Shown here piece by piece: positions 8,707 to 20,400 of a DNA stretch of 64,000 nt (the first letter of the stretch is position 1; each line of letters opens with the position of its first letter). Position numbers and translations under genes: made by a program. This DNA is from a virus (taxonomy: Duplodnaviria > Caudoviricetes): positions 1-64,000 of IMG/VR virus record IMGVR_UViG_3300047160_014082; one strand, 5' to 3'. The notes below the pieces were generated by a model. It saw only the letters and a program-made list of their open reading frames with translations. It had not been told where the DNA came from and searched no databases.

Positions 8707-9234
8707 ATGCCTGAGTACGTACGACCGGCCAAGCAACGAAGTTCGCTACGCAATGAGCTACGGCTCTGGCATCCGGGCGGCACGACAGGCTTTGTCGAGG
8801 ATGGGTTGGTCCTTTCGGATCGCTCCAAGGGAGCCACTATTTCCATCTGGCTGCCCGAGAACCGCAAGCCGGGGGTGTGGCTGAGCTGGTATAAGGTCGG
8901 CGGCCTGGACCGGCAGCTGATCTGGGTTGGAGAAGCCGGTGAGGTTCATGTGAGCTGGAACCGTGGCTTGCAATACATGATGTTCCCAGCGCCGTTGACG
9001 GAGCGTGTTCATGTAGTCATGGTCTACCAGGAAGGTCTTGAAATCTTCTATATCAATGGCCAGCAAGTAGACACGATGGTCTGTTCTCCCGTTGGGACCT
9101 GGGGGGATCGCTTGCGCGTTGGGGGTGGGGACTTCCTAGGTTGGCTCTATTGTGGCGTCTGGTTTCGTCTGCTCAGTCCGGAGGAAGTGGGTTGGCTGTG
9201 GAAGGGTGGCACCGGCCTGGACAGTCCCTTTTAG
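8707..9234 (+). CDS. LamG/concanavalin-like domain protein
   Basis: HVVMVY...IFYINGQQV...LRVGG...F.G....WFRLLSPEEV pattern. Confidence 0.6.
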   Translation: MPEYVRPAKQRSSLRNELRLWHPGGTTGFVEDGLVLSDRSKGATISIWLPENRKPGVWLSWYKVGGLDRQLIWVGEAGEVHVSWNRGLQYMMFPAPLTERVHVVMVYQEGLEIFYINGQQVDTMVCSPVGTWGDRLRVGGGDFLGWLYCGVWFRLLSPEEVGWLWKGGTGLDSPF

Positions 9235-9240
9235 GGGTGG

Positions 9241-10665
9241 GTGATGGCGTACACCGACTTTTACATGCAAAGTACGGGCAACGACCTGAACGCTGGCTCG
9301 ACCAGCGCCGACACGGCTGTTTATACGTCCACGGGCGGTAACTGGGATGGCACGAGTATCTTCACGCCTACGGATGGCTCGACTCCTGCTAACTCGGTGA
9401 ATATTGGGGATTGGGCGAGTATTTACCCCACGGGCAACACGGTCTCGGCTTATGTTGCTCAAGTCACAGCAGTTGGTGCGGGTGTTAATGGGACGATTAC
9501 TCTGAGCACTACGGCCAAATTTGGCACAGTGCCATCTGTCAATTCGGGCTCTCGTAACTGCAAGACCGGGGGAGCCTGGGCCAGCTTTGCTACGATGCCG
9601 AACTTGTTTGTAGCCAATACGCTCACCTTTTCCATGCGGGTGAATGTCAAGCAGGCGACCTATACAAACACGACGAATACGCGCACGAACGCTCTGAGCG
9701 GGACAGCTTCTTTCTCCCTTTGGTTTAGGGGTTACAACACCACCCCGGGGGATTGTGATACCAACCCGGCCCTGACCAAGCCTACGGTCAGCTTCACGAC
9801 GGGCCAGTACCTGATATCGGGTGATTTCAACATCACTTCGAATATCATCTTTACGGCAGCGCAGACGACCAACGGGACCGTGCGCGTCTCGGGCGCTACT
9901 ATGAATACCTTTATGCGCTGCCGGTTCTCTGGTACGGCGGCCAACGCCAATAGTCGAGCTTTCTTCTGTGGCTCGTTCAACGTGGTGTTCATCGCTTGTC
10001 AGTTTAACGTGACCAGCACGACGGTTACGGAAATGATCAGTACAACGGGCACGATGCTTCTGATTGACTGCTCCCTGAACGGTGCGGGCACGGGCGCCGG
10101 AACGGCCAATGGTATCACCACGTCGGGTGCTGTTATTGTTGCTACCGGTTGCGTCTTCAACAACATAGCTGCTCATTGCATCAGCTTTAGCGGTGCTACT
10201 TTGGGATTTGTTTGCAATAACAGTTACTACAATACCGGGGCCAACGGGGATGCCCTACGCTCGTCTAGTACGGCCATTGTCGTGTCCGTGAATAACATCT
10301 ACGCAAACATTGGTGGTTATGGGGTCAATAGTAGTGCGGCGGCTTCGGGCAAGATTGTGCGTAGCAATAACGACTCGTTCAGTGTGACTCTGGGCTCGGC
10401 TAATAACGTTGGGGATACCCCGGAATTCTCTCCCATCACGGATGGCTCTAGTCCTTACAACAATGCGGGCTCTTTGGACTTTTCGCTGGCGGCCATCACC
10501 AACGCCCGCGGTGGTGGTGCTCCGGGAGTGGGTGGTGCTACCCCTGGGACGTTTGAGGGCGAAACGTATACAAGCTATTTGGACAACGGCGCCGTACAGA
10601 ATCCGAATACTTTTCCTACTCCTCTTGGTGTTCTTATTATGAGTGGCAAGCTGCTCGGAGGTTAA
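9241..10665 (+). CDS. Putative virion fibre/spike protein with a beta-helix-like region
   Basis: Thr/Gly/Asn/Ser-rich, recurring CxF / NNxY strands, YLDNGAVQ near the end. Confidence 0.6.
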   Translation: MMAYTDFYMQSTGNDLNAGSTSADTAVYTSTGGNWDGTSIFTPTDGSTPANSVNIGDWASIYPTGNTVSAYVAQVTAVGAGVNGTITLSTTAKFGTVPSVNSGSRNCKTGGAWASFATMPNLFVANTLTFSMRVNVKQATYTNTTNTRTNALSGTASFSLWFRGYNTTPGDCDTNPALTKPTVSFTTGQYLISGDFNITSNIIFTAAQTTNGTVRVSGATMNTFMRCRFSGTAANANSRAFFCGSFNVVFIACQFNVTSTTVTEMISTTGTMLLIDCSLNGAGTGAGTANGITTSGAVIVATGCVFNNIAAHCISFSGATLGFVCNNSYYNTGANGDALRSSSTAIVVSVNNIYANIGGYGVNSSAAASGKIVRSNNDSFSVTLGSANNVGDTPEFSPITDGSSPYNNAGSLDFSLAAITNARGGGAPGVGGATPGTFEGETYTSYLDNGAVQNPNTFPTPLGVLIMSGKLLGG

Positions 10666-10668
10666 TCC

Positions 10669-13600
10669 ATGAAGCTTCCGAGTTATGTAGCGAATCAAGG
10701 TGGCGGTACTGGGGGCGGGGCGCAAGGGCCTCCGGGTCCTCCAGGTACGTTGTCGTCCGGGTCGGTGCAAGGGTTCTTCGGCGCTAGCGGTATGATCCTG
10801 TCCGGCACGGTCGGGGTCTATGACTTAGGCTCGGGTGCGGTCATTGCTGGCCAGCTTGGTTCCGGGGCCGTGCAGACTCAGAACATCGCATCCGGAGCCA
10901 TTAATCAGTTCAAGCTGTCGTCGGGTTGTGTAGTCTCGGGCGACATCGGCAACGCAGCGGTAGTGTCCGGTTCCATCGCTAGTGGCTCGGTAAGTCAGTT
11001 TGCTCTAAGTAGCGGCGCTGTCAATTCGGGTCAGCTTAACACAACTGGTACGCCGAGCGCAACGACGTTCCTGCGCGGTGATCTGGTTTGGGCTACTCCC
11101 CCGGGTGGTGTGAACTCGGGGGACATTGGCTCGGGCAAGATCGCCAGCGGTGCTGTGCAAGGCTTCTTCGGTACGGTGCGCAATATCGCATCGGGTACGG
11201 TCGGAGTATTTGACTTCGGTTCTGGAGCTGTCATCGCGGGCGCTGTGGGTTCGGGGGCGATCCAATCCCAGAATATTGCTAGTGGCGCTGTTGGTCAGTT
11301 TGCTCTTAGCTCTGGTGCTGTGAATTCGGGGGACATCAACGATGGCGCCGTAGTCTCGGGCTCCATCGCTTCTGGCCAGATCACCCTGTACCATATTGCC
11401 AGCGGTCAGCACGTTGCCGGTTCGGGTAACGAAGTTCAGTACAACATCAATGCGGGCTTCGCAGCGGACTCGGGCTTTACCTATCTGGGCTCGGGTGGTA
11501 TTCGCCAGCTGATGGTGCCGACGGTTTTCATCTACAACACCTTTGGCCTGGCGACGCGCTACATATCGGGCAATGCGACCCTGAGTGCTCCTAACTCGGG
11601 CCAGACGATCATCCTGGCGGATGCTACCAAGGGTAACATGACGATTACCCTGCCTGACCCGACTAACATGCCCGGTCAGGTTTACATCGTCAAGAAGATC
11701 GATGCTACGACTAATCAGGTCGGGGTGCGTGCTCCGGGTATTCAGCCCTTGGAAGGTAGTATTTCTACTATCTTCATGACTGTTCCCAACCAATGGATGG
11801 GAGTAGTTGCGGACTTCAACACCAACTCAGGTTGGTGGATCATCGACCAATCCCCTGCGGGTGCTACCCTATCCAGTGGTTCGGTAGGTTCGGGTATTGT
11901 AGCATCGGGGACCGTCCCGGGCTTTTTCGGTCCCTATCGTGGCATCATGTCTGGGACCGTGGGTGTTTTCGACTTCGGTTCTGGAGCAGTGATAGCTGGT
12001 ACGGTCGGGAGTGGTGCAATTCAGTCTGGCAACATTGCATCGGGTCAGATTGCCCAATTTCATCTGGCCAGCGGCGCGGTGAATTCTGGCCAGATTAACA
12101 CTACAGGCACGCCCAGTACATCTGTCTTCCTACGAGGTGACTTTGCCTGGGCGGCAGCGGGGGGCGGACTCGCTTCGGGCGCTGTTGGTTCAGGCTTCCT
12201 GGCTAGTGGTTCTGTTCAGGGGTTTTTCGGTGCTACACGGGACATCGCGTCGGGAACCGTGGGTGTATTTGATTTCGGCTCTGGTGCTGTTATTGCTGGG
12301 ACCGTTGGTTCTGGTGCTATACAGTCTGGTAATATTGCTAGCGGTGATATCGGAAGTTATCATCTGTCTTCTGGAGACATTATCGACATTGCCCAGTATG
12401 GGGCGCTGTACACGAGCGGTTTACAGCGCGTTTCCCCGGCGGTAATTACCAAGGAAACTATTTCTGGGGGACGGGCGGTCTCTATCGACGCTAGCGGTCA
12501 TCTTCAGATCGCCATGGCTAGCATACCCTCACGTATGCCGGCTGTGGGTGTGGTCGTCGATAACGTCCTGTCTGGCATCCAGGTCAATGCCTATACGTTC
12601 GGTTCCTTCCTGTTGACGTCAGGGATGATTGAATGGTCTGGGAACTACGGAGCGCAAGCCTATGTCGGCCGTTCCGGGCAGATCGTGTCCTGGTCCGGGG
12701 CTTGGTGGAACTCGGGTGGTTTCTTGTCTGGAGACTATTTCCAGGTTGTAGGTACTCTAGCTGGCTCGGGCCTGGTGGCTGTTGGTCTCAATGCCCCCAA
12801 TGCTTTTCCGATTGGAGTAGGGGATCCAACATTCATTGTGACCAGCGGTTTCATCGCATCGGGGGCCGTCGGTCCGTTTGCTTTGGCTAACAACGCTGTG
12901 CAGTCGGGGAACATCGCTAGCGGGGCGGTGAGTCAGTTCAAGCTGGCTTCGGGAGCGGTAAATTCGGGCCAGGTCGGTAGCGGCGCCATTATGGGCGAAG
13001 CTGGCGGTGGTGCTTTCAACATCGCTAGTGGTACTATCAACAACTTCGACATCGCCGCGGCTGGAGTACTGTCGGGTAATATCGCGTCGGGTCAAATTGC
13101 TCAGTTCCATCTAGCCAGCGGTGCGGTCAATTCGGGGCAGATCAACACTACGGGTACGCCTAGTACATCGGTCTTTCTGCGCGGTGATTTCAGCTGGGCA
13201 ACCCCAGCTGGTGGTGGCTTGGTATCGGGCTCTGTGCAGTCAGGGCACATCGCATCGGGTGCCGTGCAAGGTTTCTTTGGATCGACACGCAACATCGCAT
13301 CGGGAACAGTAGGAGCTTTTGACTTTGGCTCTGGCGCTGTTATGGCAGGCCAGATGGGTTCTGGCGCGGTGCAATCGGGTAACGTCGGCTCGGGTCAGCT
13401 GGGCGCCCCAGAACATTTCTCTTCCGGAGGTATCATCGATCGCGCCCGTTATGTGGTGCCTTTCCAGTCGGGCTATACCCGCATCGGTTCGGGTGGAGCT
13501 GTAACGGAAGAGAACATTTCGGGCATCCGCGCCGTTTGCATGCAGGTCTCCGGTTATCTGCGCGTTGCCATGGCCGGAACCAGTGGGCGCATGCCGGCTG

Positions 13601-14409
13601 TCGGTATCGTAATGGACAACATTGCCAGCGGCGGCGAATGTACCGTATTTACCGATGGCGTGTTCCAGGCAACTTCTGGCCTGGCGGACTACTCGGGCTA
13701 TCTAGGACAAACTCTGTTCGTCGGACGTTCTGGTAACATTGTCACCTCATCGGGTAGCTTCAACTCGGGCGGCTTGTTGTCTGGGGATATCTGGCAACCC
13801 ATCGGGACCGTCGTGCGGACGAGCGGATACTTCAAGGTCTCCGTTGCCGCCCAGATGGCTTTTCAGGTCGGCCTGGTCACCAGCGGTTTGATCGCTTCGG
13901 GCCAGATCTGGACGTACCACGTTGCTAGTGGGGCGGTCTTCCCCCGTGCTCAGGAAGTCTGTCCAACCTACTCCGGTACGTTCTCGACTCAGACGGCCGA
14001 AGAGCTGATTTCCGGCGTGCGTGCGGTGCAAGTGTCTTACTCGGGCAATATTCGTATTGCCATGGCCAGCATCCCGACGCGCATGCCGGCGGTTGGCATT
14101 GTCTTTGACAATATTTCTAGCGGCCAAGTAGCTAATGTCTTTACCATGGGCTTCCGGGCGGCCTTTGCCATCGCTTCGGGCGTAGTGGACTACTCGGGCT
14201 ATGTTGGCCGGCCCGTGTTTGTTGGTCGCTCAGGGCAGATTACTAATGCTTCCGGCTCGTTCTCGTCGGGTCTGTTCCTGTCGGGCGATCAAGGGCAGTT
14301 GGTGGGTATAGCGGCCAATAGCGGCGCCTTCTATTACAACGTGTTCCCGATTGCCTACTCAGGCGGCCCCGCGGCCATTGGTGGTTTGGGTACAGCTTCC
14401 CAGGGGTAA
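10669..14409 (+). CDS. Large head-fibre-like protein: xxSGx pentapeptide repeats plus three decoration-like domains
   Basis: Module TTGTPS..FLRGD..W...SG.VQGFFG..R.IASGTVG.FDFGSGAV repeated; three E.ISG.RAV...RMPAVG domains. Confidence 0.7.
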   Translation: MKLPSYVANQGGGTGGGAQGPPGPPGTLSSGSVQGFFGASGMILSGTVGVYDLGSGAVIAGQLGSGAVQTQNIASGAINQFKLSSGCVVSGDIGNAAVVSGSIASGSVSQFALSSGAVNSGQLNTTGTPSATTFLRGDLVWATPPGGVNSGDIGSGKIASGAVQGFFGTVRNIASGTVGVFDFGSGAVIAGAVGSGAIQSQNIASGAVGQFALSSGAVNSGDINDGAVVSGSIASGQITLYHIASGQHVAGSGNEVQYNINAGFAADSGFTYLGSGGIRQLMVPTVFIYNTFGLATRYISGNATLSAPNSGQTIILADATKGNMTITLPDPTNMPGQVYIVKKIDATTNQVGVRAPGIQPLEGSISTIFMTVPNQWMGVVADFNTNSGWWIIDQSPAGATLSSGSVGSGIVASGTVPGFFGPYRGIMSGTVGVFDFGSGAVIAGTVGSGAIQSGNIASGQIAQFHLASGAVNSGQINTTGTPSTSVFLRGDFAWAAAGGGLASGAVGSGFLASGSVQGFFGATRDIASGTVGVFDFGSGAVIAGTVGSGAIQSGNIASGDIGSYHLSSGDIIDIAQYGALYTSGLQRVSPAVITKETISGGRAVSIDASGHLQIAMASIPSRMPAVGVVVDNVLSGIQVNAYTFGSFLLTSGMIEWSGNYGAQAYVGRSGQIVSWSGAWWNSGGFLSGDYFQVVGTLAGSGLVAVGLNAPNAFPIGVGDPTFIVTSGFIASGAVGPFALANNAVQSGNIASGAVSQFKLASGAVNSGQVGSGAIMGEAGGGAFNIASGTINNFDIAAAGVLSGNIASGQIAQFHLASGAVNSGQINTTGTPSTSVFLRGDFSWATPAGGGLVSGSVQSGHIASGAVQGFFGSTRNIASGTVGAFDFGSGAVMAGQMGSGAVQSGNVGSGQLGAPEHFSSGGIIDRARYVVPFQSGYTRIGSGGAVTEENISGIRAVCMQVSGYLRVAMAGTSGRMPAVGIVMDNIASGGECTVFTDGVFQATSGLADYSGYLGQTLFVGRSGNIVTSSGSFNSGGLLSGDIWQPIGTVVRTSGYFKVSVAAQMAFQVGLVTSGLIASGQIWTYHVASGAVFPRAQEVCPTYSGTFSTQTAEELISGVRAVQVSYSGNIRIAMASIPTRMPAVGIVFDNISSGQVANVFTMGFRAAFAIASGVVDYSGYVGRPVFVGRSGQITNASGSFSSGLFLSGDQGQLVGIAANSGAFYYNVFPIAYSGGPAAIGGLGTASQG

Positions 14410-14412
14410 GTC

Positions 14413-17400
14413 ATGCTTCAGCCAAATGTGCTACGCTCTGGGATCGTAACCAGCGGTTTCATCGGCAATGCCGCCGTGAACTCGGGCAACATCGCTTCGG
14501 GTGCTGTTGGTCTGTTCGCTTTGGCTAGCGGTGCGCTAGGCTCAGGAGCGCTTGTTTCTGGGAGTATCACAAGTTTCAATCTGTCGTCGGGGTGTGTGCG
14601 CAGTGGACACGTCGGCAATGCGGCCATCACTTCTGGCAATATTGCTAGTGGTCAAGTCGGGTCTCCCCACCTAGCCATCTACGCCGTGCAGTCAGGCAAC
14701 ATCGCATCCGGGGCTGTCAATCAATTCGCGTTCTGTTCCGGAGCTGTCCTGTCCGGGGACGTTGGTAACGCGGCTGTTACATCGGGCAATATCGCATCGG
14801 GGCAGATTAGTCTCTACCATCTGGCTTCTGGCCTGTTGTCCTTTTCGGGCTCGGCCCTGTCGGGCTCTATTGGCAATTTCCAGATCGCTTCCGGGGGGTT
14901 GGGTTCGGGCAGCATCGCTTCGGGAGCTATCGGCTGGCCTCTAATTGCGAATGCGGGGGTGCTCAGTGGTAATATTGCATCCGGATCCGTTAGTGCGTTC
15001 CATCTTGCGAGCGGTTTGGTTGGCGTGTCGTCAGGCAGTATCCAAAGCGGGCTTATCGGCAATGCTGCCGTGGTGTCTGGTAGCATCGCCTCCGGGCAAG
15101 TTGCTTGGCCCCATCTGGCTTCTGGTGCGGTTCGGAGCGGATGTCTTGGCGATGCTAGCGTTAATCCTGGTAGTATTGCTAGCGGAACTATTGGCAATCA
15201 GCACATTGCTAGTGGTGGCCTTGGCTCTGGCTCCCTGGGTTCTGGTCAGGTTGGGCAGTTTCATCTGTCTTCTGGCGCTGTATCTAGCGGGAAGGTCGGC
15301 AACGCCGCCGTCTCTTCGGGCAACATTGCTAGCGGTTCCATCGGAACCGTTCACATTTGTTCCGGAGGGTTGCTGTCGGGAGCTATCGGTTCCGGCCAAA
15401 TCGGACTTATCCATCTACAATCCGGAGTCACGCCTCTGACTTCGGGTGCCGTTCAAAGCGGCTTTATTGGTAACGTCGCTGTTGTATCTGGCAGTTTCGC
15501 CAGTGGTGCTATTAGTCAGTTTGCGCTAGCATCCGGAGCCGTGAACTCCGGCCAGATCAACAACGCCGCGGTAAACTCTGGAACCATTGCATCGGGATGT
15601 GTTGGTACGGTGCATATCAGCAGCGGGGGGCTAGGTTCAGGCGCCATCGGTTCGGGTCAGATCAGCTCGCCGCACCTGGCGAGCGGGGCCGTCCTTTCAG
15701 GAGACATCGGCAATGCAGCTATTGCGAGTGGCTCACTGGCTAGCGGTATTGTTGGGAACGTGCATATCAATAGCGGTGGGCTGGGCTCTGGGTCCGTCGG
15801 CAGCGGCCAGATCGGTTGGCCACACCTTGCTTCTGGTGCTGTTCGCAGCGGTGCTATTGGAAATAACGCTGTGGTTAGTGGCTCTGTGGCCAGTGGACAA
15901 CTCGGCACCGTTCATATCCAATCCGGAGGACTCCAATCAGGATCCATCGGTTCCGGGACTCTGATCTTCCTAAACTTCGTTAGTGGTGCTCTAGTACCCA
16001 ACTCGGGGGCCGTGCAGCAATTCCAGTTGGCTTCGGGCTCTGTAAATTCGGGGCAAGTCGCCAGCGGCGCCATCCTGGGCTTTAGCGTTGCTACCGGGCG
16101 CAACATTGCTAGTGGCACCATTGGCTGGGCAGATCTGGGCTCGGGGTCCGTCCAGAGTGGCCATCTGGTCTCAGGCCTGTTGAACACCGTTCATTTGTCG
16201 TCGGGGGTGGTGCAGAGCGGCCAGATTGGTAATAACACTGTCAATTCGGGCAACATTACCAGTGGCGCCATTGGTGATGTTCACATTACCAATTTTGGTA
16301 TTCTGGGCCGGTCGCTGGCGTCGGGGGCGGTGACATCCCTCAAGATCAATTCGGGCTCTATCGTCTCGGGCCTGATGGCATCGGGCTCTGTTGCGGGTTC
16401 GGTATCGAGTGGCGATTGGCACATTGCCAGCGGGACCATCGGCACCAACGATATCGGTTCCGGTCAGATCAATACGGGCAATATCGCCAGTGGCGCCATC
16501 AAGAATTACCATCTGCAATCGGGGATTGTTGATGTAACCAAGATCGCTAGCGGGGCTGTCGGTTCCGGGCAGCTAGCAACGTTAGGAACGCCTTTATCGG
16601 GCGCGTTCTTGCGGGCGGATTTCAACTGGATTCCGTTTACGTCGGGCTTCACGTCCGGCATGATCCAATCGGGCTTGCTCTCTTCCGGAACCGTTCAGGG
16701 GTTCTTTGGTGCAACTCGACAAATTGCAAGTGGCACTGTGGGAGTCTTTGATTTTGGCAGTGGTGCTGTCGTTGCTGGAACCATTGGCTCTGGCGCTGTG
16801 GGTAGTGGGAATATTGCTAGTGGTTCTATCGGAGTCAACCACCTCTCCTCCGGATCTGTAACTAGTGGTGCTATTGCCAGTGGTCAAGTTGGCCAGTTCC
16901 ATCTGTCGTCGGGTTGTGTAAACTCAGGCCAGATCGGCAACAACGCCGTCGTTTCGGGCTCGTTGGCTTCGGGCCAGATCCATCGTTACCACATGGCTAG
17001 CGGCTGCTTGGTTGAGCCGATCCAGGCCGGGCAAGCGATATCGGGCATCATCGCCGTGACTATGGCCAGCGGTTTCACAACTATTGTCGTCCCCGCCGAG
17101 CGCCAAAGTGGTCTGCGCTTGCCGGCTATCGGGGTTGTCCCTGGGACTTTGAACTCAGGGGATGCCGGCTGGATGGTTCGTTGGGGCTATGTAACCGGGC
17201 CGTCTGGAACCATCGCTAGTGGTTTCATCGGCTCCTACCTGTATGTCGGTAGCGGAGGTCTTATCGTCAATCAGTCGGGATTCTGTGGTGGTAACAGTTC
17301 GGGGGCGCCTACGCTGTCGGGTAGCCTGGTACAACGTATCGGCCTAGCGATTTCGGGTGGCATCTATGTCATGCCCGAGTTCACGCCCAGCTCGGGTCTC

Positions 17401-17427
17401 TACAGCGGCTTGTTGGGTCAGTATTAG
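14413..17427 (+). CDS. Second head-fibre-like paralogue, almost entirely [ILV]xSGx pentapeptides
   Basis: Strict 5-residue register over ~850 aa; shares the FLRAD/VQGFFG module and the C-terminal RLPAIG domain with 10669. Confidence 0.7.
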   Translation: MLQPNVLRSGIVTSGFIGNAAVNSGNIASGAVGLFALASGALGSGALVSGSITSFNLSSGCVRSGHVGNAAITSGNIASGQVGSPHLAIYAVQSGNIASGAVNQFAFCSGAVLSGDVGNAAVTSGNIASGQISLYHLASGLLSFSGSALSGSIGNFQIASGGLGSGSIASGAIGWPLIANAGVLSGNIASGSVSAFHLASGLVGVSSGSIQSGLIGNAAVVSGSIASGQVAWPHLASGAVRSGCLGDASVNPGSIASGTIGNQHIASGGLGSGSLGSGQVGQFHLSSGAVSSGKVGNAAVSSGNIASGSIGTVHICSGGLLSGAIGSGQIGLIHLQSGVTPLTSGAVQSGFIGNVAVVSGSFASGAISQFALASGAVNSGQINNAAVNSGTIASGCVGTVHISSGGLGSGAIGSGQISSPHLASGAVLSGDIGNAAIASGSLASGIVGNVHINSGGLGSGSVGSGQIGWPHLASGAVRSGAIGNNAVVSGSVASGQLGTVHIQSGGLQSGSIGSGTLIFLNFVSGALVPNSGAVQQFQLASGSVNSGQVASGAILGFSVATGRNIASGTIGWADLGSGSVQSGHLVSGLLNTVHLSSGVVQSGQIGNNTVNSGNITSGAIGDVHITNFGILGRSLASGAVTSLKINSGSIVSGLMASGSVAGSVSSGDWHIASGTIGTNDIGSGQINTGNIASGAIKNYHLQSGIVDVTKIASGAVGSGQLATLGTPLSGAFLRADFNWIPFTSGFTSGMIQSGLLSSGTVQGFFGATRQIASGTVGVFDFGSGAVVAGTIGSGAVGSGNIASGSIGVNHLSSGSVTSGAIASGQVGQFHLSSGCVNSGQIGNNAVVSGSLASGQIHRYHMASGCLVEPIQAGQAISGIIAVTMASGFTTIVVPAERQSGLRLPAIGVVPGTLNSGDAGWMVRWGYVTGPSGTIASGFIGSYLYVGSGGLIVNQSGFCGGNSSGAPTLSGSLVQRIGLAISGGIYVMPEFTPSSGLYSGLLGQY

Positions 17428-17435
17428 TCGGAGGT

Positions 17436-20400
17436 TTGGACATGTTTCGACGATTGCATTTGGCCTTTTGCATCGGGGCTTTGTGCTTGATGGGGTTGGC
17501 GGCGGCGAGAGGTCTCTACACTCTGCCCCCGGCTCCGCAAGCTCAGAAGCCAGAGCCGGCAGACAAGGCTCCCAAAGCCAAGGCTCCTCTGCCGGTCGCG
17601 GCCCGGTCGTACCCGGTCATGAGCGTGACGCTCAAGACTTTGCCTCAACCGGGCGTCAATCTTGATTACGATATCTTCTATGTACGTTGCCCCCGGCCGC
17701 AGGATCCTACTAAAGCGCCGATCCTGCCGGATATTGCTCGACCACTGGCCCAGCCTCTGGGCTCCGATATCATGCGCTGGAGCCATGTAGACGGCTCGGA
17801 GACCTTGTTTGCGGCTGCCGGAAACGGCGCCTACGCTGATTTGAAAATGTCGTTTGATGGTAACTATCTGTATGCCACCTACTATAACGACCAATCGGGT
17901 TTAGACTTCTCCGGCAATGTTTTTACGGCCAAGGGTGCCGACGTCTGGAAGTTCAACATCGCGACGGGCCAAGGCACGAACCTTACGGCCAATGTTGGTT
18001 ACGATGTCAATACGGGCGCGGTGCCCTGGGGGCCGGACCTGCTGAGCACGTCCCCGCCCAAGGGCAAGGTCTCTATTGGCTTCAAGGTCTTCAACATTCA
18101 CCCGTGCCCCCTACCCAACGGGCAGATTTGTTTTACGTCTTCCCGCCATGGCTTGGCACCCCACAAGAACGGTAATCATCACCCGGCGCTTCAGCTGTGT
18201 GTGATGAACGAGGATGGGACCAATCTGACGACTATTGGCCCGATGCACATCGGCACGGCCTTGCACCCGATCTGCTTGCAAGATGGGCGCATTGCTTACT
18301 CTAGTATGGAAAGTCAGGGTCTGCGTTCCGGGAAGTGGTGGGGGACGTGGGGTATCCATCCGGACGGAACCAATTGGGAACCTCTCTGGAGTGCATTCCC
18401 GTACTCGGAAACCAGCTCGTTCCACTTCCAAACCCAGCTGTCTAATGGCAACATCGTCAACGAGGTGTATTACACCTCCAATGATTTCGGTATGGGTACG
18501 TTGGGCCTGTTCGCGCCCAGCACGCCCCAGGGCTTTTTCCAATTCGGCCCGGGGGATCCTAACGATCCGCGCAATGTGAATTTCCCAACAGGTCCGGTGC
18601 GTTCCCCGGCCCGTTTTCCCTTTACCCCCTATCTGTTGACAGCGCTGACCCCGTGGGCCACATTCTTTGATGATGCGGCCGATTTGTCGGATCCCAACAA
18701 TCCGAATTCGACACGGGTGGGTAAGCTTACCCATCCCGGCGCCGCGGCCGATAACCACCTGCTAGCGTCGTGGTCGAACGGTCCAGTATGCAGCAACGTC
18801 AGCGTGAATCCCCATACCCCTTACCCGAATAATCAAATTGTGCTGATTGTTGGCGGCCAGCCAACGACTCAGCCTGGGGACATGGTGGCTATCGGCACTC
18901 TGGATCCGCTGTACAACAAGACCTGGCCTACGGCCGGTTGTAGCTATATGCGCTTGTGCGGCCTGGCTCAGCCCAGGGTCATCGCTCCCCTGGCTAATGA
19001 CGGTAGCATCAATTCTAACCTGCCCGAAGGCACGCCGTTCGGCTTAATTGGGACTTCAAGCGTATACAAAAGGGAAAGCTATCCCCAGGGCAAAGTTACT
19101 GCACCTTCGGTGACCGCAGGTTTCAACGGTGTGCCCCCTGACGATGTCGCTAAGGGTTTCCCCCTGACAGCTCAGACTGCACAGACGACCAATTTCTTCA
19201 AGCAGGGGGGTGATCACGGCCTGTATAGCAACGACGACATCGTTGCCATGCGCATCTTGCAGCTGGAACCGCCGAGCCTGCGCATGCGGGGTGGTCCGGT
19301 AAACCTCACCAATTACGTGCAGTTCCAGGGTCGTCTTTGGTACAATTCTGCCTACGAAAGGATGAAAATTCTGGGGGAGGTACCGCTCCGCCATTTCAAT
19401 GGTGGCGTGCAGTTGACCGATCCCGATGGCAATCCTGATACAAGCTTCCTGGCGGTGATCCCGTCCCTGACTCCATTTACGTTCCAGCTGGTGAACAAGC
19501 GGGGTATGGCTCTGACGACGGCGCAGACCTGGCACCAGCTAGAGCCCGGAGAACTACGTTGGAACTGTGGGGGCTGTCACGCCCACAGCCAACGGCCGAC
19601 GAGCGTTCTGCAAACGGCTGCGGGTCAGCCCGGCTATGTGCCGCTCGACCTCACGGCCAAGACCTGGCTCTTGACCGCTAAGGCCAACGATCAGTATGGG
19701 CAGCAACTTAATGTTGCCAATGATGTTGGCCTACGCTACGTCACGACTGGCCCGGTCATGTTTGACTTCTATCGGGACATCAAACCGATCTTGGTGGCCA
19801 AGTGTGTCAGCTGCCATACGACGACGGCCAATCCCCCGCCGATGAATTTGGCCTTTGACCGTACGGGTCGGGAAACGATCCCGAGTACAGGTACTCAGGT
19901 CCCAACGGAATATTTCGTGTTCGGGGCTGATGAGAACTTCAAATATGCTCCTATTCCCCCAACCTACCCAGCGGGCTTCTTGCCCTATCGTAGTGTGTAT
20001 GCAGCCAGCCGTATCATCGCTTACAAGCAACAGTCCCTTCGTTCCATCCTGGCCTGGAAGCTGGAGAACGCCCGTACGGATGGCTGGCAGAATGGTGTTT
20101 TGAATGACAACCTGGACTTTGTTGGCACCCAATGTCAGGCCAATGCCGTTACCACGGATGAAGAGAAGCGCTTGTTCTATCGCTGGATCGACACGTGCTG
20201 TAGTGTGGACCTGGACCCGGACGGTACGCAATGGGGCCTGTTCTGCAACGATCAGCGACCGTCTCTAAACGTGACCATTCCGGCCCCGGGTGCTAATACT
20301 AGCTTCACACGGATCTTGCTGGGAGGTTTTAGCTACAACCTGGATCCTAAGAGCTTGTCTGTGAAGGCCGATTTTGTCATCGACGGCAATCCAGCAGGTA

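Noticed and set aside
10717-10746. Collagen-like domain (QGPPGPPG)
   Set aside because: Only about three Gly-X-Y triplets; too short for a triple helix
9136-17106. Many long minus-strand ORFs opposite the fibre genes (e.g. 9136-10176, 11005-11793)
   Set aside because: Antisense shadows of GC-rich, repetitive coding sequence; no RBS, motifs or protein-like composition
10669-17427. Diversity-generating retroelement (repeated modules as template/variable repeats)
   Set aside because: No reverse transcriptase in the window; copies differ at synonymous positions of all bases rather than at adenines only
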